DNA from: Alphaproteobacteria bacterium
Lineage (GTDB): Bacteria; Pseudomonadota; Alphaproteobacteria; CAAHEQ01; UBA3637
Direction: 5' to 3'
NCBI GenBank assembly: GCA_045118155.1
Contig: JBGUXS010000078.1
Coordinates: 443 to 64,442 of the forward strand
Length of the DNA stretch: 64,000 bases
Positions 1 to 7,698 of the stretch are shown piece after piece. Every line of letters begins with the position of its first letter. Positions within the stretch are counted from its first letter, which is position 1. The notes beneath the pieces are model-generated. The model saw only the letters and a program-made list of their open reading frames with translations, ran no database searches and was not told the DNA's origin. The position numbers and the translations under genes were made by a program.

Positions 1-608
1 TTCTATTTTACAATCTTAAGTATTATTTGGAATTTCCTTTACAAACTTTATTCCTTTGGCAAGGGGGGATGTCTTTTCATGGGGGCCTGATAGGGGTTAT
101 CATCGCAACATTTTTATTTGCTAGGAAAAAACATATTCCAGTCCTAGCTTTGGGCGATATTTTATGTTGTGTTGCCCCGATTGGTTTATTTTTGGGGCGT
201 CTTGCTAATTTTGTAAACGCTGAACTATATGGGCGTATTACGACATCCGTTCCATGGGCAGTTATTTTTCCTGGGCAAACCCTTCCCCGCCATCCTAGTC
301 AAATTTACGAAGCTTTATGTGAAGGGTTCATTTTGTTCTGTGTTTTAAACAGCCTCTGGTGGTTTTCGGCAAAATACCGAGAAAAAAATGGATTTTTCAC
401 AGGGCTGTTTTTCTTGCTCTATGGTTTAATGCGTTTTGGATTAGAATTTTTCAGAGAGCCCGATGCCCATCTTGGATTTGTATTAGGACGATTAAGCATG
501 GGGCAAGTTCTTTGTATTCCTATGGTTATAGGGGGACTTTATTTGATACGTAACGCCTCAACCAAAGTCCAATTCAAGCGTCTGGTAAAAAGGGGAAAAA
601 ATGACTAA
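1..608 (+). CDS. lgt: prolipoprotein diacylglyceryl transferase Lgt, 5'-truncated by the window edge
   Basis: Frame 3 is open from nt 3. Motifs GGMSFHGGLIGVI, RLANFVNAELYGR and HPSQIYE match the middle and C-terminal parts of Lgt. Confidence 0.9.
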   Translation, partial: LFYNLKYYLEFPLQTLFLWQGGMSFHGGLIGVIIATFLFARKKHIPVLALGDILCCVAPIGLFLGRLANFVNAELYGRITTSVPWAVIFPGQTLPRHPSQIYEALCEGFILFCVLNSLWWFSAKYREKNGFFTGLFFLLYGLMRFGLEFFREPDAHLGFVLGRLSMGQVLCIPMVIGGLYLIRNASTKVQFKRLVKRGKND

Positions 609-1188
609 CTTTCGTCGTCGTTATACTTGGATTCAAAATATCGGACGTTTACTTAAAAAGAAGCTAATTATCCCCCTGTGGCGTTCGCCACATCCCCCAG
701 AATACAAAGCTCTAGGGGTGGCTATTGGGTTAGGATGGGCCATGACCCCTTTAGTTGGAGTACAAATGTACCTAGTCTGGATGACATGGTTAATCATGAA
801 AAAAGTCTTTAACAAACCATTTTCTTTGGCTTTGGGATTAGCTTGGACGTGGGTAACCAATGTTTTTACAATGGTGCCCATTTATTACGTTTTTTATCTA
901 ACAGGGCGGTTAATGATGGGAAAGGGGCTAACCGAAGATCATTCTGTTAAACAACAAATTGCAGCAATTTTTTTAGGTCCTCAATCCTTTGTTCAAAAAT
1001 GGGGAGATTTTTTCAAGGCTTTAATGAAAGAATGGGGTATTACAATGATGATGGGGTGTATCCCTTTTATTATTGCGGCTCTACTTTTAGGGTATTATGT
1101 AACTCTTAGGTACGAATCCTTACGAGAACATCATCGTCAATTACGTCAGCAAAAAAGGGAACAAAATGGAACAACCAGAAAATTTTAA
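601..1188 (+). CDS. DUF2062-family membrane protein
   Basis: SPHxxALGxAIGxxxxxTPxxG followed by TM helices, typical of DUF2062. The start overlaps the lgt stop. Confidence 0.7.
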   Translation: MTNFRRRYTWIQNIGRLLKKKLIIPLWRSPHPPEYKALGVAIGLGWAMTPLVGVQMYLVWMTWLIMKKVFNKPFSLALGLAWTWVTNVFTMVPIYYVFYLTGRLMMGKGLTEDHSVKQQIAAIFLGPQSFVQKWGDFFKALMKEWGITMMMGCIPFIIAALLLGYYVTLRYESLREHHRQLRQQKREQNGTTRKF

Positions 1189-1804
1189 GGATTTATCCCA
1201 AATTACGGGTTATTTTTTAAATAAGGAAGAATCTTTGACTGGGGCAGAAGATTTAGCCTTGATGAAACAAGTACACGGGTCAACTGTTCTGGTCATTGAT
1301 AAAGCACCGGATCCGGAAAATCCCCCCATGGCAGATGGTTTTATTACACAAACACCGGGATTAAAATTAGCGGTAAAAACGGCTGATTGTATTCCTTTAC
1401 TTATTGCTGACCCTTTACAAAAAACCGTTGGTGCCTTTCATGTGGGATGGAAACCAGGCCTCTTGGGTATTGTAGAAAGTGCTATCCTTACTTTTCAAAA
1501 ATTGGGGAGTCAACCTCAACATTTGGTCGCCGCTTTAGGGCCTGCTCTAGGGAAGCCAAGCTTTCCCGTCAGCAAAGAAATGATGCAACTGTATCCCGAA
1601 CCAGAACGCATTTTTTTTGAACAAAAGGAAGAAGGTATCTTTTTTGACAATACCGCCTATATCATCTATCGTTTAAAACGGGCAGGAATCCAAAATATTT
1701 GGGCCAGTTCCACTAACACTTACCGAGATTTGACCTATCACAGTTTTCGCCGTGAAAATGGGGCCAAAGGGCGACAATATAGTATTATTTTTCTAAATAC
1801 TTAG
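1166..1804 (+). CDS. pgeF: YfiH/PgeF-family laccase-domain protein (peptidoglycan editing factor / purine nucleoside phosphorylase LACC1 family)
   Basis: QVHG, ADGFIT, TADCIPLL and AFHVGWKPG motifs. Confidence 0.8.
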   Translation: MEQPENFKDLSQITGYFLNKEESLTGAEDLALMKQVHGSTVLVIDKAPDPENPPMADGFITQTPGLKLAVKTADCIPLLIADPLQKTVGAFHVGWKPGLLGIVESAILTFQKLGSQPQHLVAALGPALGKPSFPVSKEMMQLYPEPERIFFEQKEEGIFFDNTAYIIYRLKRAGIQNIWASSTNTYRDLTYHSFRRENGAKGRQYSIIFLNT

Positions 1805-2142
1805 GGCATTTGATTTCGCATAAGGGCCAAAATGGCATCAAAATCATCATTTTCCGCAACTTGATTACGATGAGTTTTGTGACATGTTTGACATTGATAT
1901 AAAATATACATCTTCCCATTTTTTTGTTCCACACCAATAGGTTTTAATACTCCTTGACAAGGATTAGCCCTATCTCCCGGAGAAATATCAACGTGCTTAC
2001 TTGTCAGACATTTAGGACAATGATCGGTGTACCCATTTCCCTTCACAAATGTTCCACAGACACAACAAATAAAATCTTCTTGAGTTCGTTGAAAGCGCTT
2101 TACCATAAGAGGTATTTTAAGCGATTTATAGGTAAAATTCAA
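1801..2142 (-). CDS. RNHCP-domain zinc-ribbon protein
   Basis: Cys-rich: CCVCG...DHCPKCL...CQTCHKTHRN. 113 aa. Convergent with pgeF, overlapping it by 4 nt. Confidence 0.65.
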   Translation of the reverse strand: MNFTYKSLKIPLMVKRFQRTQEDFICCVCGTFVKGNGYTDHCPKCLTSKHVDISPGDRANPCQGVLKPIGVEQKNGKMYILYQCQTCHKTHRNQVAENDDFDAILALMRNQMP

Positions 2143-2144
2143 TA

Positions 2145-2179
2145 TTTTACTAGAAAAAAGCTTTTATTACGTGTATAAT
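2145..2179 (+). promoter_or_regulatory. putative promoter for the 2199-6524 operon; -10 TATAAT at 2174-2179 preceded by TG
   Basis: gtgTATAAT lies 20 nt upstream of ATG 2199. No good -35 was found. Confidence 0.35.
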
Positions 2180-2198
2180 ATATCCGAAAGGGTTTGGT

Positions 2199-3341
2199 AT
2201 GCAGAAAAAACGCACCTTTATTATTGGACTTATTTGGGGGCTAATCTTCTTTTGGTGGCTGCACAATTTTTTTTACTTGAATTGGTATTTTCGGTTTTAC
2301 AGTCCCAAAGCTTGGGTTTATTTACTTCATGAATTCAAGTACGGTTGGCGGGTACGGGCCGTTTCCGATTGGATCTTTATTTTTACCCTTATTTTCGCAT
2401 TACCTCTGTTTTTCTGGGGGTGGTATCTATGCTTAAAAATCAAATGGTTGGCTCTTTTTAAATGGATAAAAAAACAATTTTTAAAACTTACCAACAAAAA
2501 ATCAACTGTTGTAAAAAAACAAATGAAGTTAGCCGCTAAAAAAAGTGTGCAAAAAGAACGCCCCCCTGCCCTTGCAACCCCCAAAGTAACTAGTCCCGAA
2601 AAGAAAATGCAAAAAATGCCATCTTCTGCCATCAAAAAAGAAGAAATCGATTTAGATTTTTCTGCTAAAGAAGAATTTTTGAAAGAAGAAAACATTCAAA
2701 CGGCACCTCCTGCCAAAGAACATCGGGCCCCGGATCCACCAAAAGGGGGACCTTCTTTCCTATTTGAAGATGATGATATCCCGCAACAAAACAATGATGT
2801 TCGGGCCGACACACTGTTGTCTGAAATAAAAATGCCAGAACGAGAACGAACACAAGAAAATATCCCAGATATTATTCACGCGCATGGCTTTAAGCCCATC
2901 ACGGCCATTGTGCATCCAGATATTTCTTTTGCGGCCGTTTCTTCAGATACCCTTTTGGTTGCTTTTGTGGATGAAGAACCAGGAGATTGGCTAGCCGATG
3001 AAGAAGATTTTGAAGGGGAAGACCCCTTGTGGTTTTCAGAAAGTTTTCATCGGGTTTCCCCAGTTTTTAAACTATTAAAAGTTGCTAAAAAAATCAGGGC
3101 TCAGTTAGAAAATCAAGGACTTTCTCATAAAGTAATTCCTTACTTAATTGAAAAAATGGGAAATATTATTAACGTAGAAGATATGCAAGAAACGTGGAAA
3201 GAACTGGGGGTCATTGTCTGCCGAACAGATGTTGGGGGGGATGAAACATTACCCACAGTAGAAGCTTCTTTCCCGCAAGCAAAAGATGTTGCAGAAGCTG
3301 CTGATTTAGATATAATAAAAGAAATTTTAAAAAAGTTATAG
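2199..3341 (+). CDS. hypothetical membrane-anchored protein: two N-terminal TM helices, a Lys-rich linker and a strongly acidic C-terminal domain; first gene of the coupling-protein operon
   Basis: TM helices FIIGLIWGLIFFWWL and WIFIFTLIFALPLFFWGWYL. KK-rich stretch from about residue 90 to 150. D/E-rich C-terminal half. Stop lies 9 nt before the next start, with the RBS AGGGGGAAAAG inside its 3' end. Confidence 0.6.
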   Translation: MQKKRTFIIGLIWGLIFFWWLHNFFYLNWYFRFYSPKAWVYLLHEFKYGWRVRAVSDWIFIFTLIFALPLFFWGWYLCLKIKWLALFKWIKKQFLKLTNKKSTVVKKQMKLAAKKSVQKERPPALATPKVTSPEKKMQKMPSSAIKKEEIDLDFSAKEEFLKEENIQTAPPAKEHRAPDPPKGGPSFLFEDDDIPQQNNDVRADTLLSEIKMPERERTQENIPDIIHAHGFKPITAIVHPDISFAAVSSDTLLVAFVDEEPGDWLADEEDFEGEDPLWFSESFHRVSPVFKLLKVAKKIRAQLENQGLSHKVIPYLIEKMGNIINVEDMQETWKELGVIVCRTDVGGDETLPTVEASFPQAKDVAEAADLDIIKEILKKL

Positions 3342-3350
3342 GGGGAAAAG

Positions 3351-5522
3351 TTGGGCGCCTCTGACGCGATGTACACCGAACGTAAAAAATATACGTACTA
3401 TGTGGCAGCTATCGTAGTACTGGCTCTTTTTGTATCTTGGATAATGCTGTTAATTACAATTCCTTTACAAGCTTTTATCCGTCAAGGGTTAGATATTGAA
3501 GCTTGGAATTACAGTGTTTCCTTTTGGACACATGCTTGGCATCCAAAAGTCATTTTTCAAGTCCTCAATAGTTGGTTTGATTCCCTAAAAACGTTAAAAA
3601 ATCCCCATTGGACTTTATATTTACCCTTTTTATCCTTTTTTATTGGCTTTATCGTTTTAGTGATAGGGCTAAAAAAGAATCCCTTTGAATACACACCAAA
3701 TATTTTTGGGAATGGACGTTTAGCCACTTATGCTGATGTCAAAAAAATGAAATTATTTACTGGGTTCTGCATCGTTTTGGGACGTTTTAAAGGCAAGTTA
3801 TTAAAAATGCCAGAAACCTTAGCGGCCTTAGTTGTTGCGCCACCGGGGACTGGTAAAACCGCTGGGGTGGTGATTCCCACCATTTTTGAATCCCCAGGAT
3901 TGAGTATTATTGTAAACGACCCTAAACCAGAATTATGTTATACCACAACCGGATATCGGGCACAACAAGGGCCTGTGTTCGTTATTAACTGGGGGGCCGA
4001 TGATGAACCAGAAAAAGGGATTTTCTTCCCTAGTTGGAATCCACTTTCTGCTTCATGCTTACCAGCACCAGGTCCCGCCAGAGATATGTACATAGACTCT
4101 ATGGTGGCTATTTTGGTAGAAGTTAATGAAAAAGATCCTCACTGGGGGAAAACTGGGCGAAATGCTATGTCTGGTTTTTTGAACTTTATCGCCAGTAAAT
4201 GTGAACGGGCACTTGCTAACGATTACTTTACTTCACGTTTAATGGACGATTTATTTGATGATGAAGACGCGGCCGTTTTAGAAACATACTATGCGGATAT
4301 GAACGATCCTGATACAGGGTCTGCTTTACAGGCATTAAAAAATGGGTCTATGACACGGGAATCTTACGTCCCTATCGGTACATGGGCGGGGCTACCTTCT
4401 GTTTGGCAAGGAAAAGAACCTTGTATTGCTATGATTTTGGACTGGCTGACGGAAATGCAAATGAAAATCAATGCCGATATTAAACGCCGTATGGATGAAG
4501 GGGATCAAATGGCGGCCATGGCAGACCCCATGCGGGATCTATTGGAAAGTGCCATCAGTGAAGCAGCCCGCTATGGCTATGCCAGACGTTCTGTCACAGA
4601 ACTCAATCAATTATCCGCCACACCGGATAAGGAACGGGGGTCTATTTTATCCACGGCCCTTTCTGGGATCAGTATTTTTAAAAACTCGGCAGTGCGTTCT
4701 AGAACTAAGTTCAGTGACATTACTTTCCGTGATTTACGTGGGATGCGTGATCCTATTACAGGGGAACAAAAACCTATTTCGGTTTATCTATCCGTTAACC
4801 AGGTAGATGCCCAAGCCTTAAATGTCATTACTGGGATTTTTGTTGAATTGATGAGCAGTTTCTTAATCGCGAACCCCCCAAATTTTGTTGGGGCAGGCGG
4901 GAAAAAGGCGGGACCATTTCCTGTTTTATTTGTGCTTGACGAGTTTCCACAAATGCCAAAATTGGATGCTGTGAAAAACGGGCCTGCCGTAGGGCGGGGA
5001 CAGAAAGTTTCTTATTTGCTCATTGGGCAGGATCTTGGACAGATTTCTGGTAAATACGGGAAAGATGATTTGGAAACAATCATTACAACAACAGCCGCTA
5101 AAGTCATTCTTTCTCAAAACAACGAACAAACCGCTGAACGTTTTACAAAAATGATTGGGACTAAAACGATTCAAGTAACAAGTTCTAGCCGAACTGAAGG
5201 GATTTCCAACCAAAATAACCCCTTTGCGGCAAACGTAAGCCGTTCCTACCAAAGCTCAAACGTGGTCCAAGTATCTGATATGATGAGCTTAGATATGCTT
5301 AAACAATACGTTTTATTCCAAGGATATCTAAACCATCCTATCTTAGCGGATGCCCCTCGTTATTACTTAGATAAAGTCATGCAAAAGAAAGCGGCCATTC
5401 CCCCTTCCCCATTTGTTCCGTATTGGATTGTAGCGCAACGGGAAGATACCGATTTAGAAACATTAAAAGCTTTGATGCAAGAGGAATTAGCAGATTTGGA
5501 TATTATCATAGAGGATGAATAA
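3351..5522 (+). CDS. virD4: type IV secretion coupling protein (VirD4/TraG/DotL family ATPase)
   Basis: Two N-terminal TM helices. Walker A VVAPPGTGKTAGVVIPT. Walker B VLFVLDEFPQMPKLD. NDPKPEL motif. Acidic C-terminal tail. TTG start at 3351; alternative ATG at 3369. Confidence 0.8.
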   Translation: MGASDAMYTERKKYTYYVAAIVVLALFVSWIMLLITIPLQAFIRQGLDIEAWNYSVSFWTHAWHPKVIFQVLNSWFDSLKTLKNPHWTLYLPFLSFFIGFIVLVIGLKKNPFEYTPNIFGNGRLATYADVKKMKLFTGFCIVLGRFKGKLLKMPETLAALVVAPPGTGKTAGVVIPTIFESPGLSIIVNDPKPELCYTTTGYRAQQGPVFVINWGADDEPEKGIFFPSWNPLSASCLPAPGPARDMYIDSMVAILVEVNEKDPHWGKTGRNAMSGFLNFIASKCERALANDYFTSRLMDDLFDDEDAAVLETYYADMNDPDTGSALQALKNGSMTRESYVPIGTWAGLPSVWQGKEPCIAMILDWLTEMQMKINADIKRRMDEGDQMAAMADPMRDLLESAISEAARYGYARRSVTELNQLSATPDKERGSILSTALSGISIFKNSAVRSRTKFSDITFRDLRGMRDPITGEQKPISVYLSVNQVDAQALNVITGIFVELMSSFLIANPPNFVGAGGKKAGPFPVLFVLDEFPQMPKLDAVKNGPAVGRGQKVSYLLIGQDLGQISGKYGKDDLETIITTTAAKVILSQNNEQTAERFTKMIGTKTIQVTSSSRTEGISNQNNPFAANVSRSYQSSNVVQVSDMMSLDMLKQYVLFQGYLNHPILADAPRYYLDKVMQKKAAIPPSPFVPYWIVAQREDTDLETLKALMQEELADLDIIIEDE

Positions 5523-6064
5523 TGACGGAAGATTTTAAGTTTGAAGATGGTCTAGGACAGGATTATTGGATTCGTGAATTTCATAAAATTCCCTTTCCAG
5601 GAATGGAATTGTTTGAAGTAACTTTTTTTAGACGTATAGAAGGGGCCTATGTGGATAAACATCAGCGCTTTAGAGAAATGGCCGTTGATTTTCTAAAAGA
5701 TTTAGGGAAAGAGGAAGAAGAACTTTATGCTTTTGAATTTTCTGAGGCCGAAGTCGCTTTGATTAAAAAAGGTCGTCTACCAGAAAATTATACTGTCCAT
5801 TTAAAATATCCTTTAGAATACGGTTGTGCATTGATCCCAGAACAATTTGTTTTGATGCCTATTGCCCCTTATTATCGGGATATTAATACTTATATCTTCA
5901 GACAACTTATAACCGATGAAGGAATTAAAAAGCCCCATCACCTTTATGTTCCCACACCAACAGGGCGTATTTATAAACCTTATTCTGGGGATGCAAGTGG
6001 CAGCGGTGGGAAAAGTAATACTTCCCAAATGGCGGCTATGTTTAACCAGGGGCGGGGGCGTTAA
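5522..6064 (+). CDS. hypothetical 180-aa protein with a Gly/Ser-rich basic C-terminus (...SGDASGSGGKSNTSQMAAMFNQGRGR), translationally coupled to virD4 (TAATG)
   Basis: Stop/start overlap with the T4CP gene. No recognisable motifs. Net-positive C-terminal tail. Confidence 0.55.
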   Translation: MTEDFKFEDGLGQDYWIREFHKIPFPGMELFEVTFFRRIEGAYVDKHQRFREMAVDFLKDLGKEEEELYAFEFSEAEVALIKKGRLPENYTVHLKYPLEYGCALIPEQFVLMPIAPYYRDINTYIFRQLITDEGIKKPHHLYVPTPTGRIYKPYSGDASGSGGKSNTSQMAAMFNQGRGR

Positions 6065-6065
6065 T

Positions 6066-6524
6066 ATGAAATTAATACATGTTGTTTTAAAAGCTATTTA
6101 TAAAGATGCCGCTGTTGTTTTTAATCCTGTGGCTTTGACTGATGTTCAAAAGGCCTCTTTTGAAATTGTAAAAAATAAAGGGATTAAAATTCCTAATGAT
6201 TATGCTGCCTTTTTAACAGAAGTTGATGGATTATCCTGGAATGGATTGTATCTTTTTTCCTTAAATGAAAAGGAACGTCAAGATGGCGCTTTTGTGCACC
6301 CTGGCATTCTACAAACATACCATAAGGGCTTAAAAAATCCGATTTTTAAAAACAGGCTTTTATTAGGATACGGCCCTGAAGAAATCATTACATATCATGC
6401 GGGAAAAAAAGAATATCAAATCCTAAGTCAATATGATTACAGAATCCTAGTACGGCTTCCCCGCTTCTTTGATGTACTGTATCACTATACCCATGCTTTA
6501 TTTGAGGATGCCCCTAAGGACTAG
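6066..6524 (+). CDS. SUKH/Smi1-Knr4-like protein (immunity-protein fold), 152 aa
   Basis: IPNDYAAFLTEVDGLSWNGLYLFSL ... LLLGYGPEEIITYH resembles the SMI1/KNR4 (SUKH-1) signature. ATG at 6066 sits 1 nt after the previous stop. The track ORF 5916-6524 is an over-extension into the previous gene. Confidence 0.5.
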   Translation: MKLIHVVLKAIYKDAAVVFNPVALTDVQKASFEIVKNKGIKIPNDYAAFLTEVDGLSWNGLYLFSLNEKERQDGAFVHPGILQTYHKGLKNPIFKNRLLLGYGPEEIITYHAGKKEYQILSQYDYRILVRLPRFFDVLYHYTHALFEDAPKD

Positions 6525-6931
6525 GACAAATCTTGCTTAACATGTGGCGTTTGCAAAAGTTCTTCAATGTGATCGGCCACTTCTAAGGAAGTATCTTTTT
6601 TAAAGATTAAATCTGGCACAATTCTTAACCGGATTTCTTTTCCAATGCGGTAACGAAAAAGGCCTTTATGTGCATTTAACAACTTCACTTGTTCATTCAC
6701 ATCAATTCCCCCGATACCATTTACAAAAACACTTGCGTAACTCAAATCTGGGGAAATGTTAGCTTGTGTGATTTGTAAAGCCCTTGGTTTTAAACCTGAA
6801 ATAAACAAATCCTCTTTAACCAACATCTGTCCAATTAGACGCCGAATGCTTTCTGAAACCCGAAGTTGCCGTTGTGATTGTTCTGACGTTTTCATAGAAG
6901 CTATTATACCTTTTTTTCTTGTTCCTTTCAA
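6521..6931 (-). CDS. rbfA: ribosome-binding factor A
   Basis: RQLRVSESIRRLIGQML...ISPDLSYASVFV...IVPDLIFKKD matches the RbfA pattern. The true start may be the internal Met (MKTSEQ). Confidence 0.8.
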   Translation of the reverse strand: MKGTRKKGIIASMKTSEQSQRQLRVSESIRRLIGQMLVKEDLFISGLKPRALQITQANISPDLSYASVFVNGIGGIDVNEQVKLLNAHKGLFRYRIGKEIRLRIVPDLIFKKDTSLEVADHIEELLQTPHVKQDLS

Positions 6932-6939
6932 GAATCTTT

Positions 6940-7680
6940 TTAGAACAAGTATCTAAGCCCCACCAAAACCGTCTGACTTTTATTTTCAACAGAAATCGGA
7001 GTTTTAGAAACTTTATCTGTCAATGAAATACGGCCTGGATCCATATAACGGTACCCTACATCTAAATCCAAATCCCGACCTAAATGTGTCGTGACACCGG
7101 CGGCTACATTCCAAGCCATTTTATACTTCCATGTTTCATGATTATAATGGTTCGTTCCTTTGTCTGATTGAACACGAATACGGGATTGGCTGACCCCGAT
7201 TCCTCCCCCAATATAAGGGCTAAAAGTATAAGAAGGGAACAAATCATAATAGGCATTCAAAAAATAAGTATTCATTTTAATATTGCTTGCCCGAACCCGT
7301 GTTCCATCATCCAACTTAAATACCGCATCCCTTTTCCCATGAGAATTATAGCTACCTTCAAGTTCCGTCCGCACATTTCCAAGCATTGTTTTGACTTGAA
7401 CCCCCAAAGCCCCGCTTAATTCCATCAGCTCATCCTTTTTTTTCTGAGATTGCCCCCCAATAGCGGGTTCAAAATCCCGTCCTTTATAGCCGATTTTTGC
7501 CTCAACATAAACCCGTTGACTAGGTTCCAAAGAATTATCTTTCAGACTCTCTTCCATATATTTGTTCTTATCATCCATCACGTAAAAATCAGTATCTCCC
7601 GCATAAGAGGCATAGTAGACACCAGCTTGTGCGTAATAACTTGACAAAACAAAAAAAGTAAAAATAAGCTTCTTCATCAT
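6940..7680 (-). CDS. outer-membrane beta-barrel protein (OMP_b-brl / Omp25-opacity-like)
   Basis: Signal peptide MMKKLIFTFFVLSSYYAQA. Alternating hydrophobic beta-strands. C-terminal ...GLRYLF with a terminal Phe. Confidence 0.7.
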   Translation of the reverse strand: MMKKLIFTFFVLSSYYAQAGVYYASYAGDTDFYVMDDKNKYMEESLKDNSLEPSQRVYVEAKIGYKGRDFEPAIGGQSQKKKDELMELSGALGVQVKTMLGNVRTELEGSYNSHGKRDAVFKLDDGTRVRASNIKMNTYFLNAYYDLFPSYTFSPYIGGGIGVSQSRIRVQSDKGTNHYNHETWKYKMAWNVAAGVTTHLGRDLDLDVGYRYMDPGRISLTDKVSKTPISVENKSQTVLVGLRYLF

Positions 7681-7698
7681 TTCATCCTCCTAAACCAA

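Noticed and set aside
359-881. Track ORFs 359-553 (+) and 633-881 (-), and similar 60-120-aa ORFs nested in or antisense to lgt, DUF2062, pnp, RND, rne, nrdD, lpxD, dnaE and others
   Set aside because: They lie fully inside well-supported genes in alternative frames or on the opposite strand, with no motifs, and fit read-through of AT-rich sequence.
5916-6065. N-terminal 50 codons of track ORF 5916-6524 (MKELKSPITFMF...)
   Set aside because: This stretch overlaps the preceding coupled ORF in another frame. An ATG at 6066 one nt after the upstream stop gives a sensible 152-aa protein.
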